From assembly GCA_013239625.1 (NCBI GenBank), contig MU054662.1, forward strand, positions 14,311,798 through 14,375,797: a stretch of DNA of 64,000 bases, given 5' to 3'. Origin of the DNA: Lama guanicoe (Eukaryota). Below, in pieces: positions 11,461-24,883 of this stretch (position 1 is its first letter; the number at the start of each line of letters is the position of its first letter). A model generated the notes under the pieces. The model searched no databases. It was not told the DNA's origin and worked only from the letters and a program-made list of their open reading frames with translations. Made by a program: the position numbers and the translations under genes.

Positions 11461-12229
11461 GGCTCGTCAGGGAGGGGAGGAGGGCAGAGGTGAGAACAGG
11501 ACAGAGAGGAAGGCCCCTCTGGGCTTGGAGAAAACCCAGGGGCTAAGGGGAGGGGGAGCGGGGAGGCTGTGCTTCTGCTTTGGACCCACAGCTGGACGGG
11601 CAGGGGCCGGCGGGGCGGGCGAGGAGCCACAGCTGGAGGGCCTGAGCGGGTCTGTTTCTGGCACACGGCCGACGCCCAGGCCTCCCTCTCGGCCCCTACA
11701 CAAAAGGGCCTTGTGTGGGAGCTCGAGGAGATGCCCGGAGCATCCTTATCCCACGCCCCCGCCCTTCCCCACAGCCTTGGCACGAGCATCGCTCCACCAG
11801 GTGCAGGAAGCCGGTCGAGGGCTGGGGACCAGACAGGAGCCGGAGGTCAGAGGTCAGCTGGAGACGGCCGCCCCGCCCTCCCCGCCTCTAGTCTCCTTTA
11901 CTCTCTGCTGCCTCTCCCTCAACGGCCCCCCACCTCACCCCTATTCCTGATTCTCCTCTTGTTGGCTATGAGTGGTATGGGGAGCCTGGAGACAGAACCC
12001 GATTTATTCTTGGAAAAAGCATCCATGCCAGAGGGTACCACAGCAACAAGTTTCCATGGTGCTTGGACACAAGGTAAATATGATGTAAAGAAGCACTTGC
12101 TGGACTCGCAGTAGGGAGGCCTGAGTCCCACCCCTGCCTGCCCCGTCTCACCGACAGGGCACCCTTAAGAAAGTTGTGCGGTGTCCCTAAGCTTCACTGG
12201 GTGTTCTGTAAACATCCACCTGTTTAATC

Positions 12230-12370
12230 AGCAGTTGGCATCCTCGAATGTGTGCTGAGCACCTGTTGTGAACCAGGCACTGCCCTGGGGGCAGGACGAA
12301 CAATGCAGGCACGTCCTTGCCATCGCAGGACAGTTAACAGCCGACAGGGTTGTCCAGAAGAGCAGAGAGA
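12230..12370 (-). mobile_element. L2 3' end fragment
   Basis: GCTGAGCACCTGTTGTGAACCAGGCACTGCCCTGGGGGCAGG resembles the antisense L2 terminus (TTGAGCACCTACTATGTGCCAGGCACTG). Confidence 0.6.
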
Positions 12371-13970
12371 GCCGAGGGGCCGGCACAGTGGCCAGTCCGT
12401 GGCGGGTGCTGGCGAGGCACCGCGCACAGAAGGTGTACCCGGAGCCCAGTGCGGAGAGCTGAGCTGCAGCTGCTCTGGTTAAAATTAGAAGGTGGTGCTG
12501 GACCTCTAACCTTGCCTGCAGCCCGATGTCTGTTTGGAGCTGGTTAGAAACTAGGAAAAAATGTGAGATGGTGAAGATTTGTCTGCACAGGAGACAGGAC
12601 TGCCCAACCCAGGAAGACCCCGCTACACGGGAGGTTCTGCTGTGTGTGTGAGAGGCGTGTGTCCCCGGGAGCCGGGTGGGAGAGAGAAGCAGTGGTAGGT
12701 GCTATGTGGGGAAGGAGAGTTCGCCCAGAGCATCGGCTGCTGAGGGCCTAGAAGCCAAGCTCCCTCCCCACTCCCTTTCTAGGAAACCCACTAGGAAAAG
12801 CCCATGGCCTTGGCGGGGCGGTGGGGGGTGGGTCACGTGCCAAGGAAGCCCAGGGCAGAAGTGGGAGGAGGCCAGTGGGGCACTGAGAGGGTCTCGTGGG
12901 GGACACAGGACAATGCGCCCATAGAAGGAATGTGCGGTGGGGGGCCGGAGGGACAGGCTGCCTTGACGGCTGCCCCCCTGGCCGCTTCCCAAGGTTAACG
13001 AGGGGCACGAAGTCTGTGCGCCACTCCAGGGCTGGGGGCTGTTTGAAAGGAGCATTTGCTGTGGGGAGAAAGGGCCCTTCTCTGTTTCTCTGCCCTGGGC
13101 TGCTGTCCTTTGTGGAGGCTCTTTGAGGCGTGCGCCCTGCAGAGCACTGCGGGGTTGGAGGGTGGAGGGGGCAGGGAGCAGTGGTTTGCTCTCAGCAGCA
13201 GCAGGCTGTCTGCCCTCGGCAGGCAGGAAGGGGGTCCATGGCTGGTTCTGCTGCCGTCAGATCCCTGAGCTGATGGGCTGGGAGGCCTCTGCACGCGGAG
13301 TTGGAGCCCGAGCGCCCCCTGTGGAGTGGGTGTTGGAGAGGGCACCAAGGGAGAGAAGGGGAAAGTTAGGAGAACTGAAAATTAGGTAGCATGTACAGAG
13401 GGTGGGTCAGGAGTTCCCGGGGAACGTTGGGGTGGCCCCAGGCTCAGGCCCTGCCTCGGGTGAGGGCTTCGGCAGGGGAAGACCGCTTTATCACAGGGCG
13501 TGTGCGTACGGCTGGAACCCGCATCTCTCCACAAACACACACACAGTGCACACACCACTCACATGCAAAATCACACACGTGACGCGGGGGACGCCGGGGC
13601 ATGTTCACGAGGCAGGATGGCTTCTGATGACCACACACGTGTCGGACCCACATCCGCAGGGGCCACGTCCTCCTGAGCTGCCCCGTGGGCAGGTGGGTGC
13701 CACAGTCCCTGCCCCTCGAGGCTCACACCAGACCCGTGGTCCCCAAGCGCGAGGAGCTCCTGCCTTCCCATCACAGGACGCCCAGCGTGGTGGCCCTAGA
13801 ACCGCCCTCTCTTCTTCCCCAAGTCAGGCCCCAGGGAGCTTTGGCCAGTGAAACCCGCCTTGCCCAGGCTCACCCTGAGCCCAGCGTCCAGGCAGGCCCA
13901 GGCTTCCCCCAGTTCATGTGTCCAGGGGCCCAGCTCCCCAACCCGACCTGTTACAGATGCTGGGTCACGG

Positions 13971-13989
13971 CCACCAGCAGGTGGCGCCA
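13971..13989 (+). promoter_or_regulatory. CTCF-like motif
   Basis: CCACCAGCAGGTGGCGCCA fits the core CCRSYAGRKGGCRS exactly (13974-13987). Confidence 0.55.
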
Positions 13990-14761
13990 GCAGGAGCCTC
14001 CTGTAACAGGTCTGGTACTAATGAGAAAGGTCTTGGTTCTGGAGGAAAAGTGTGGCCCTCCCCTCTGTGTCCTGCGGAGCCAGTGACTGGGTCTCCACAA
14101 GTCCCAGGCCAAGAGCAGCCACTCCCGAGAGACAAAGACTGGGGGCTCAGAGAAGACGGATGCTGAGGTCAGGATGGGAAGGCAGAGGGCGGAGGCAGGC
14201 CCTCCAGCCAGCGGGGCCTTCAGAGGCGTGGACGTGTGTGCTCCTGTTCCAGCGCGTGTGCAGGCTTGCACACACATCTGAGTGCGCCCCGCAATGCTCT
14301 GGGCTACCTGTGTGCCTGGGGACAGGTGTGCTTGTGCACCTGCTAAGGGCAGGGCAGAGAGGAAGCCCAGCCCATGAGACTCCTCACCCGGCCACTGCAG
14401 TTCACCCCACCCACACCGCACACCCCAGGGACACGCGCGCTCTCACCGCCCGCGCAGACAGGTGCTGCGCCACCGCGTACAGACCTGCCCACCCACACGC
14501 TTTCACACACACACACACGGCCCCATACAGAACCGCGGGGATACATATGGATGCAGCCAAGACACACGCGCCGGCGCCCAGGCACACGTGGCCCAGCCGC
14601 ACATCACGTGTGCACACACGTGCACATTCTGTGCTTCTCTGGGAATTCTCAGTACCCACCCCCACCGCCCTGGCCCAGGAGACTAGGTGCTCCCAGCCAG
14701 CACAGTATCCCAATTTCTGAGCAACGTGGGCGTCCCTTGTCTGAGGACTGGCCGCTGCAGC

Positions 14762-14782
14762 GTCAGCACTGCGGACAGCGCC
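14762..14782 (+). promoter_or_regulatory. RE1/NRSE (REST binding site)
   Basis: GTCAGCACTGCGGACAGCGCC matches the canonical TTCAGCACCACGGACAGCGCC at 18/21 with the correct half-site spacing. Confidence 0.75.
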
Positions 14783-16414
14783 TCCACCTGCCAACAGAGG
14801 CCCCAGGCGGGTCTCGGACCAGGGGCCTGGGACTTCTGCCTCCTTTGTCGGCTCTCCTCCTCCCCCTCCTCCTCTCTACTGTCTGACAAACCAGCGACAG
14901 ATCTGAGGCATTTTGCTGTGGTCAGTGGTGTGAGGGGTGCTCCTGGACCTCCCTGAGCTGCAGCCAGAGCAGCATGCAGTCAGACACATTCCAGTCCCAA
15001 CTCCTTGCCTTTGGGTCTTATCAACAGCGGATAAGTCACCTGCCACTGGGGGCTGTTGTGGGGACCACAGGAGCCAAAGCCCGGGAGGCCCCCGCACTGC
15101 ACCTGCCATGCCTCAGAGGAAGCCCCCGGGGGGGCAAAGCTCTGGGTTCCAGCCCGTGAACCTCCAGCCAGGAGCCAACTCGTCTGCAGGGAGCACTGAC
15201 TTGCTTGGAAATGCAGGCTGTGAGCCGGTGGTGCAAGCCCCAGCCTTGCCAAACTTCCTCTCGGAAGCCAGGTGGGCCGCTCACTTACCCCACCGAGTCC
15301 CGGGCCCCCGTTCACTGCTTCCTGTCTCAGAGGGTAGGACACAGAGACCAGGACCTCTGTCTGCCAAGCACTTCAGGAAAAGGAGGCCCCCAGACATGCC
15401 TTGATCCTAAGCCTCACTCATCCTGAAGGAGATTCTCGGCCTCTCAGAGAAGAATCGCTCCACAGACTTGAGGAAGAGCCCCGTCTGTTTGGAGGTCCCC
15501 GTCCTCAGGTGGCTCCACCTGAGACACACTAGTCACTGGCAGGGGCGGAGGTCCTTCACAGCCCTCACGCCACCGCCACCTGTTTTCTCCCGACCCTCCT
15601 CTTCTTCCCAGACTCTTCCCCAGTGGCCCCCATCCCTGGCTGATAATCACTGGGCCAGGGTTCTTTCCTTGTGCCCCTGAAGCTGGCAGCGTGAAGCCAG
15701 GCGTCTGATAGGAATGGCTGAGAGCCTGGCACCATTGGCCATGTGGCAAAGGCTCCTTTTCCGTCTCCTGTCATGTCCCCCTCAACTCAGCTGGACCCCC
15801 TCCTGCATGAGAAGGATGCAGCAGGTTCTCCTCTAAATTCCAAAGAACAAGGCTTTTAGGGCACGCCCCCCAAGTGGGGCGGCTGGAGGCACTGTGAGGG
15901 GGCCGCACAGTGAGTGAGCCGGCCAGCCTGGGCTTCAAGTGACCCCACCCGCTCTTTACTCGCGGCCGGAGACGCCCCCCAGCACCTCCGCCCCTCTGCC
16001 CACCTGCTGGAAAGCTTCGAATGAGTTACATGTGTTTTTGCTGTTATGCAAGTGATGCCTGCGTGCGGAGGGGACTGCGTGGAAGCTGCCAGCGGCGTCC
16101 TCACCCCAGAGCCCGTCCTGAGCCCAGCGCGGAAGGAAGGCTCGCAGGCTTCCAGGGTTCCAGGGAGAATCGCTCGGGTCCCCTGGAGTGGGTCTCCTTT
16201 CCGGCTCGCCCCAGTCTGCCCCCAGGCCCCCAGCCCCCCATTAGCTCCTGCTGCTAATGACTCTGACACACTCTGGCGCCAGCCCTCCAACCAAACTACA
16301 ATCGATCCTTCACTCCTCCTGGATCAGCGCCATCGACCCGGAACTGGGAGAACAATCCAGACTCTAGGAAGCCAGCGGCCTGAGGCAAAGCCCAGCAGGC
16401 CCGCCCACCCAGAC

Positions 16415-16690
16415 TTTGCACGTGCTCACACGCACGCTCACACAGACATGCTCTCACATGCACGCACTGCACACACGTGCTCACACATACACACCACTCG
16501 CATGCACACACTGTACATATGTGCTCACACATGCACACACGCGTGCCCGGGAAGGCACATGGATGAGAATGTGCACAAAAGGCAGGGGCCACACGTAGCT
16601 GTCTGCATGTGGACACACATAGTCCGAGGCCCATTGCTGGGTACTCTGCACCCGTGTACACACACACACTCCCAGGGGGCACATGCACTC
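16415..16690. repeat. Degenerate (CA)n / RY-alternating low-complexity tract
   Basis: Runs of CACACG, TGCACA and CACATG. Confidence 0.85.
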
Positions 16691-19082
16691 GCCATTGGCT
16701 GGAAGAAGGGGCACTTTGGAACCATGGAAAGCACGCTCTGGCCGAGGGTGAGCGGGACTCTGGCTCCTTACCGGCCCCTCCGGCTGCACACTCAGGGGCC
16801 GGAGTCCCAGTGCGCTGAGCTCCACAGTACGGCACACCTCGGGCAGAAGCCGCTCTTGGGCGTTGTGGGACGGGGCCCCCTCTGCTCCGGGATGTGCCTG
16901 CCTGCTAATCCCGCCGGGGTTGGAGAAAGCCTGCTCCTTCTTCACCAGACCAAGCCCGACATGACTTAGCTGAACACATCCTAAGTGGAGCCTGGCACAC
17001 ACCTGCACCTGCGGCCCAGACACCAGGAAGCAAGGAGCCAAGCCTCCCAGAAGCCAAAGCAGAGCGACGCCACCAGCCCACTCCGGCCAGGCTCAGATGC
17101 GGGATGGAAAGAGAAAGGCCGGTGCGGAGCAGAGGGGGGCGGAGCGGGACCCCACTCGGGGCGGCCCAGGCAGATGCACAAAGCCTCAGACCGCATGGCC
17201 CCACCACCGTGGTCACGCTCACCCATGCACCCCCTACCCCTGGGCCCCTAGGCCAGGTCCACCTCTGGGTCAAGTCACAGAGCACAGAACAGAGAAGTAG
17301 AAAAGCTCCCAGGTGTTATGAGGCACCCCACCCCGTCCATTCAATGCCTGCCTTTCCTTAACGACTTTCTCAAAAACTGACTGTCGGGTAAGCCCGTTCA
17401 CTGGACACTCGGGAAATGACAAGCCCTCATCCAGCCCCCGGGGTGAACAGCTCTCAGATTCTCTCAAAACAGAGTCAAAACCGTCCTCGCCAGGATGTCC
17501 ACCAATTCGCACAAAGCAGGAAGAATGCCGTTTCAATTATAAACAGCTGGCCCTTCTACTGCAGCTGCTTCCGGGAAGGACCACTGTTCACATTTCTGGT
17601 CATAGTTCCCGAGAGCAGACGCCACGCAGAGGCTGATGACCAGGACCCGGGGCAGTCTGACCTCGCAAGAACGGGCAGGTGATTTTGACCCCCTCTTGTG
17701 CAAGAGCCGATGTTGACAAAGTCCAAGATGCTTTCAGCCTCTGGAGGAAGCCTGACCTGGGTTCTGTCTCTCATTTTGTTGACTAATTTCCTAGGTGACA
17801 GAGGGGTCAGCTTCCCCCCAAACAGAATGAGACGGCAGGGTTGCGGCGGATGAGGGGTTTGAGTTTCAGTGCCGGGCTCGCCTGAGCACCGTGGCCCCAC
17901 ACCGTGGCCCCGCCTAGAGCCGGCCCTTAGCACGTGAGGTGCGAGTCTCCGAGCTCATGACCTCCACGTGGCCCAAACCTCCTCTGCGTGGTCACTGCCA
18001 CCCTCACTTACACAGAGCCTCCCAGCCCCTCCCTGAGGCCGCGGCCCCCGCCCCACTGGCTGTCACTGCCATTCATGGTCACCTGCAGACAAGACAGTAG
18101 AGGGTCCGTCTGAGGGAGCAGGAAGCCTGTAGGAGACCCCCCTCGCCGACCCGCCTCCTCGACCCCCATAGGAGCGGCTGGAAACACTCCGCACCACCTG
18201 ATGCGGTGGTTCCGGGCATGGGCGAGAGCCCGTCCACCACGCACAGCTGCGCAGGGTCTGGAAGATGAGCGGCGTGCCGGTGGTGGCGCTGCGGCCTTGG
18301 CCGCCGCTGGGCCTCGGGATCACACAGTCTCGCAGGAGTTCCCAGTGTTCACTCTTCATCTTCTACGTCTGGAAGAACCGCAGCCCCTCCATCTCACCGT
18401 CTGATCCCCGGCGTCTACGGTCCGTCTCCGGGTGTCCAGAGGCTTCTCTGGGGCCAGCAGCAGCTCTGACCTCAGTGGGCTCAGCCCCCCAGCAGCCTCC
18501 GAGCTGCAGCGCCCACATTCCGCATGGTCCTGGGGTGTTCTAGTGGCCTCAACACTGAACCTGCATCTGCTGCCCTGCCAACAAGAGTGAGAGCCCCCGC
18601 GTCTGTGCGCTGCCCCCTCTGTGCTTGGAGCCTCTAAGGGGAGACGGTGCCCTTCTCTGCACCATGGCAAACAAGGAGATGCTGGGTTAAGGGCAGTTTT
18701 GGACTCGGCTCATGGCAACAGGTATTTAATGCGCGCAAACCGTTTCCCTGGCACGGTGTCCATGCAGCCTCGCGTGGGCTCTGCCCCACCATGGGATTGG
18801 GGCATGTGGAGGGGGGCCCTGGGAGGTGGGCAGACAGACTCAGGCCCCGGCTCCAGCACTCACCCAACAAGCGTGGGCGAGTCCCCCGCGCCCCTTTGCT
18901 TTGCCCGCACTCCTCTGCATCACTCGTCCTTCCAGACTCTCGGTGTGTGTGCCCTTCCCAAGGTCGCCCGATCTGTCCCATCCAGGCCTCTGCTCTGTGC
19001 CAGTCTCTCCCGCAGCCCCTCCACGTGTTCCACAGAAAGTGTTCAGCAGACTGAATTCATCTGAGTCCCGTTCCAGCACTTC

Positions 19083-19107
19083 CACACACACACACACACA
19101 CACACAC
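19083..19107. repeat. (CA)n microsatellite
   Basis: About 12 contiguous CA units. Confidence 0.9.
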
Positions 19108-22100
19108 GGGGGAACCACCTCAGGCTGGGCTTCCTGGACGCAGGGCCTGAGGTGGGGTTCTCGTGCAGGGGATTTACTGAGGGCGGGCCCCTAGGAGGAG
19201 CCTGAGAGACGTTCAGGAGGTAGGGTTGCTGGGGAGGGAGCCAGGAGAGCTTGCCCCCTCCCCATCGTCCCCAAGCATGAATCCCGCCTAGAGGAAAGGG
19301 CTGGCCTTTTGCCATCTGTGTGGTCAGCGTTGCAGCCGGTCACCCCAGGCAGGGGAGGCCGCAGCCCTGCTCCAGCAGAGCAGCCAGGGTGGGCGCAGCA
19401 GCCCGAGATAGGGGCTGTGAGAGGCACCAGGCGACAGTGCACTGCGGGTTCCTGGAGGATGCGCTCACGGGAAAAGCAGCAGCTTCCTAGCGCGGTGGCC
19501 CTCCTCCTGAGCCACGCGGGCAAGACTCTGTGGTCGTAACAAAGACGCGGTTGAGCTCGCAGCTGTTGGGCTGCAGGGTGTGACTTTCATCACCTGCCGC
19601 AAGAGGCCTGTCGTTTGGGTTGTGGTGAATTCTGAACAGTGAGGGGGGGCCGTGGGCCACCGAAGGGCACGGCGGGGGGAAGAGGGCACGTTTTCCCAGG
19701 CACCTCATCTTAGCGTCTTCCCAGGAGGTGAGGGAGTGCCTGGCACCCCCTCTTTTGGACCAGCCTGTTGGGGGGTCTGTCCCCTACGTAAGCCGGGGAT
19801 GGACAGGAAGGCACAGAGTCGGCAACGTGGTGGCGGCCCTGTAAAGACACAGCCAGCAGGGATGGTAGCGCCTGGGTCAGGCCCCAGCACCGCTGAGTCC
19901 AGAAGGAACAAGCCGAGCTGGCCCTTGCCAGACAGAGGACACAGCCGGGACCCTGCAGGGCAGCCTGGATCCTCGCGCTCCAGAAGGAGCGCCGGCCGGT
20001 GCCAGGGTGACCTGATGTCCGGGCTTCTGTGTCCCAGGGACTGGGTGCTGCCTGCCTTGAGGAATCTCCAGTCTCGGTTTGCTTGATGTTGTCACCTCCA
20101 AAGCTAGGAATCCCGCGCCCCCTACAGCTGACTTCTAGGAGACCAGAGTCACCGCAGCAGGAAGAGCTGCGCAAGCAGGTGGTAAGTCTTCTCAGAGTGG
20201 AACTGGCCCAAAGGACCAACTCCTCTGGCGAGAAGAGCACGTGGCAGCAGCAGGTCCCCAGGACTCGGTCTGGAGCCTGGATGCCAGCGTGGTGGAGCCC
20301 CGGGTCCCCGGCGGGGGTCCCACGCCCATTCCTAAGGAGACAAGCAGACCGTGGCCCCAGCTCCCTCGGCTGCATCGCGAGGCAGAAAACAGACGAGCTC
20401 TGGTTTACAGGGCAAGCGCCGGGCCGGCCGTGGAGAAGGGGTCCCAGCCTGCAGCACCGAGGGCGTTCCCCGTACGGTGAGGGAGAAACTGCTGGAAGTG
20501 GGGGCAGCTCCGGGGCAGGGCAGGTGCACACGTGCGGTCCGCCCGGCTCCCAGGCTGGACTGTGCCCTCTGCCCTTTGTGTCCCCCGCGTCCTCTGGCGA
20601 AGCGTCGCCCACTTCCCTCTTCAACCCCCAGGTGCTGCGGCTGGTGGAGGACCCGTGCTGGCTCCGCTCGGAAAACTGTTCTCGCTTGAGCCGTTGTCGC
20701 ACGCATTGATGAAAACTGGAAATGCAGACGACCTGGTGGCCCCCGAGGCCACGCAGAGGTCAAGCCGCTGGCCCCCTGCCTCCTGGAAAGCGAAATGTCC
20801 CGCCCTCCGCACAAGTCACAATGACAGAAGGCGGTGCTTGTCCAGGGAGCCTACACTCCTCATCCTGTGGTCCTCACCCCCGTCCCGAACCTGGGGCGTG
20901 CCTGCGGAGACACGCGTGGAGGACAGAGCCCAGGGAGGGGGCTACACCCACAGCGGCCTCTGCAGCCCAGACTAGAGTCTGGTGTCTTCTGTCTACACCC
21001 ACCTCACCAGCGAGCACAGGGAAGCCAAGCAAGGACCCCGTGAGATCAGAGCGTTTCTTCCCAAGGCCGCTGCCAGGAGCCCCCGGGCCAGGACGGGTCA
21101 CCAGTGGGAGAGAAAGAAGGTCCTAGGCCCTGGACTCCCACGGGGCTGGGCGGGGAGAGATCACACCTGCAGCCCCTTGGCCCCAAACCGCCCTTGTCCT
21201 CGGCGCAGGGAGACCCATCGCCTTCCCTGCGTACACGTGAATGGAGCGGAGAAACCCCGGCGCCTCCGTGGGCTGCCAGCCGGGGTCCCAGGGCCAGTCA
21301 GCCTTCCTGACGGGCGGCTCCTGTGTCTTCAGGGTCCCCGCCCTCACCTGAGCGAGCAGTGAGAAGCTGACTGCCCGTGCCACGGAGGCTCTGGTGCCGT
21401 TTCCGGGGGGGGGGGGGGTTTCCAACCTAGCGTTGCAGGCCCACAGCTGCGCCTGGTGACTACCGTGTTATTACACGTTAATCATAAGGTAACGGTGCAC
21501 GCCGCCCGGCTTCTCTCCTCTGCGACGAGGTGCCACCTGGGTCCTGGGCTCCACACCTGCTCTCCCTGAGCCCGCACCCTGCCCGCCTCGGGCCAGCGTG
21601 GGCTCAGCACCCCTCCCTGCAGGTGAAGCCAGTGCGCACCGAGCAGGAGCCTGGGGGGCCTCCCGGGACAGGGCCCCTACCCTCTGCTGCAGCTCCTCCC
21701 TGGAGGATCCAGATCACAGAACCTCGTGCAGATTCCCTGAGTTTTTCAGACGCTGAAACCACCGCCAAATGGAAGAAATGAAGCACTTGCCGATGGCGGT
21801 GAGCACGTGGCCCCCGACCTGCTGGTGCCCAAGGACTGACACCGTTGGCCCCTGTTACCGCAGCACCAAGCCATCTGAGAACCGTGCGCAGCTGAGCGCA
21901 GGCCGCCCCCCCTTTCCAAAGGCTCAGCCAAACGCCGTCAGGGAGTTGCCGGCTTTCTGGGCACAGCCGCGCACCCTCCTTGCTCATCCTCCTGCGGCAA
22001 ACCTTTCTCTGCCCCGAGCTCCGACGTCTCGGTTTGTTTGGCCTCACTGTGCAGCGGGCACATGGACTTCGTTTGGTAACAAGAGGGCAGTTTTCGTGTC

Positions 22101-22969
22101 TGTGTTCCAAGCAAACAACGTCCAACGCCAGAGTTCGGACCCACCAGTCCCTGCCACCCACTGGCCCCTTTCGCCCCCTCAGGTGGAAAAAGGTCAAGGA
22201 GACGAAGTAAGGCCCAGAAGAGATGAGTGTTCTGACGGTTTGCTGGGGTCCAGGGGGCAGGGGTGCTCGGCTGGGCCTCTCTGGGATCAGACGCAGCCCC
22301 GCCGTCAGGCTCTCCGGGCTCCTTTAACCAGTGTCTGCTCAGCCTCTGCGTGGCCAGCCCAGCTCAGGCCAAGTCCCCACCTGGTGCTCGTCAGGCCTGG
22401 GACGCAGCGGTGAGGGGTCTGGGTCCGCGACCCCTTGTGAGGAGTCAGACCAGTCCTTCAAGGGTCTGAGCTGGGTCCCCCTGGTGCCTGGACTTAGAGG
22501 GGGCACTCACTCGCTGACCGAGAGGAAGGAGGTGCAAACGAACACAGTGCAGCCACGGGGCCCCAGGACCCAGGGGCGCGTGCCCAGGGGTGGGTGGGCC
22601 TGGTGGCGCTGTTGGAGAGTACGTCACTCCCTGCATCTGCCCTGTTCCAGGTCGGCCCCCTCGCCTGGGGCCTGCACGCGTTCTCAGGAGTCCCTCCACC
22701 CCGTGCTCACCTACTGAGGGACCAGGGCACAGGACATGCCCAGGCGTCAGCACCGTGTCCTGTGCTGAACTGTCATGGAGGCTGGCGTCCCGCGGAGACG
22801 GCGGGACCGGTGGCAGGATGACCCAGGAGCAGGAAGGAGGGCTCGGCGGGTGGGTGGGTCATCTGGAGATGCCGCGGGCACACGCTGGGCCCGGCCCACA
22901 CCAGGTTAGTCAGGACGCGAGCACTGCAGGGCCCGGCTCGGCTTAGTCAGCCCTGTGAGCTCGAGTAAG

Positions 22970-23406
22970 GGTGGGCAGTCGTCACCGTGGCCCTCGGTGC
23001 GCCTGGCCCCGGTTGCAGGCTCTTATATAGTCACCTCCTTAGGGCTGACCCACGCCAGCAACAGAACACTGGAAGGGGTGCCGTGGGAGTCCAGTGCTGG
23101 GCCACTGGGGCGTGTGGCCCCTGCCATGGGCTCTCCTTCAGGCGAGGCCCTGCCGTGCTGCGAGGACACCTGGGCAGCCCTGTGGAGGGTCCTTGGCAAC
23201 CGTGTGACTGAGCCCCTGGGAGGCAGAGCCTCCGGCCCCAGTCCAGCCTTCATGTGGTGGCAGCCCAGGCTGACCGCAGGCCAGGACCACCCAGCCGGCC
23301 GCCCAGGAGCTCCTGATCCTCAGAGGCCAACAGCATAATAAACGGGGTGGTTACTTTAAACCACTGTGTTTCGGTGAGGCGTGTTCTGCAGCAGAGACAA
23401 CCAACA
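22970..23406 (+). mobile_element. MLT1-family (MLT1E/F-like) solo LTR
   Basis: GAGGACACCTGGGCAGCCCTGTGGAGGGTCC internally; 3' end ATAATAAACGGGGTGGTTACTTTAAACCACTGTGTTTCGG...GCAGCAGAGACAACCAACA. Confidence 0.75.
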
Positions 23407-23844
23407 CACCCCCAGCAGTGACGGTCCCAGGGACACAGCAGGTGTTCAGGAAACATGTGACCAATGAAGGGATGGACGCAGCTTCTCGCAGACACGCTGT
23501 GAGCTGATACTCAAAACCTGGAAAAACAGGAAACCTCATCCCATCAACCTAGATGTTCAAGAAATGTCAAAATGCCTCATTTTCTTTGAGTCAAAATACG
23601 TAGGTTCTAGGTCATCGCTGTTACCCAAGGCCCTCTCCACCTCCACGTGGACCTCACTCAAGAATCTGAGAGAGTCCTGCGTGGGGGGAGCCTCTGCCCC
23701 CAAGTCTGTCAGGTCACCCCATCCTTCCAAGTCCACACAGCAGAGTTCCTTCCAGCTGCTTTGTTCTACTTCCTCGGGGGACCCAGGGTCTCCAATATTC
23801 CCTTAGAAATGCAATAAAGCCTCTCCCTTCGGGGCTCACACCTC

Positions 23845-24630
23845 GTTCACTCATTCATTGATTCATTCATTCATTCAACAGGGCGTGTGTGAAGTGTACA
23901 GAAATACAGACAGGTGAATGGGAGGGATGGATGGATGGACATGGAAATAGAGACGTGGAGATATGGAGAGGGGGTTTTGCAAGGAGGCTGGAGCTCACAA
24001 ATCCAAAGTCTGCCGGGCAGGCAGCGGGCCAGAGACCCAGGCAGGGGCTGGCGGTGCGGCTCGAGTCCGGGGCCGTCTGTGGGCAGGCCCCCTCTTCCTC
24101 GAAGACCTCAGTCTTGTCCTCTTCCTTCAGCCAACTGGATGAGGCCACCTACATGATAAAGAATAATCTGCTTTACTCAAAATCCACTGATTTAAATGTT
24201 GATCTCATCTAAGAACAGCTTCACAGCAACATCCAGGTTGGTGTTTGGCCTCATGCCCTGGGCAGGTGGACACACAAAACTGACCGTCATGGGCGCCACT
24301 AGCTGATCTGGGCTCTGGGCTGTCAGAGTAAACAGAGGCAGACAAAATCTTTGGTCTCCGGGAGATTTGACGTCGCAGGGTGGGAAAGCAATAAACAAAT
24401 CATCCGACACGTGTGTGAGAGGCTCGGTGGTCCCAGCGTGAAGCAGAAACCCCCACCAGGTGCCGCGGAGAAGCCGTGAAGGTGCCGGTCGGGCAAGGGG
24501 TCAGGGAAGGCTGGCGGGGAGACGGATCGTGAGCAGAGCCCTGAGCAAAGAAAAGCAGTGAGTCCTGTGGGGGGAGGGGGAGAACATTCCAGGCTGAACA
24601 CATGTGCAGAGGCTGGCTCTGCAGAGAGGC
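23845..24630 (-). mobile_element. L2a 3' fragment interrupted by an MLT2 LTR
   Basis: (TTCA)n tail at 23845-23880. L2 resumes at ~24295 (GTAAACAGAGGCAGACAAAATC...GCAATAAACAAAT...GGTCAGGGAAGGC...GAGAACATTCCAGGC). Confidence 0.65.
23890..24290 (-). mobile_element. MLT2 (ERVL) solo LTR
   Basis: AATCTGCTTTACTCAAAATCCACTGATTTAAATGTTGATCTCATCTAA...CTTCACAGCAACATCCAG is the diagnostic antisense MLT2 segment. Confidence 0.85.
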
Positions 24631-24883
24631 TGGGGCGTCCGGCTCACAGACCTGTGTCAGGTGGGGAGAACTTCCTTATAGTTTCTGTCAGGAAATTCCG
24701 AATGCGTCTGAATCAGAGTTCCCGGGGCTCCCCCTCGCCCAAGAGCTGGCGTAGACGTGAGCATCAGAGTGTTTTGGGGGGAAGGCAAACACACGTCAGG
24801 AAGGGATGTACCTTGTCTCCTGAAGAGGAGCAGGCAGGCGCCTACGGGCTGCGGGTTTGAGGGTCGCAGGGCCTTGGCAGGCA

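Noticed and set aside
16046-16969. 307-aa His/Thr/Cys-rich ORF
   Set aside because: Produced by the degenerate CA tract; not a metal-binding protein.
19710-20709. Overlapping 330-aa (-) and 226-aa (+) ORFs
   Set aside because: No homology recognised and no coherent exon structure.
22746-22770. Two facing TCAGCAC RE1 left half-sites (also RE1-like words at ~1953 and ~37885)
   Set aside because: Spacing or the right half-site does not fit a canonical RE1.
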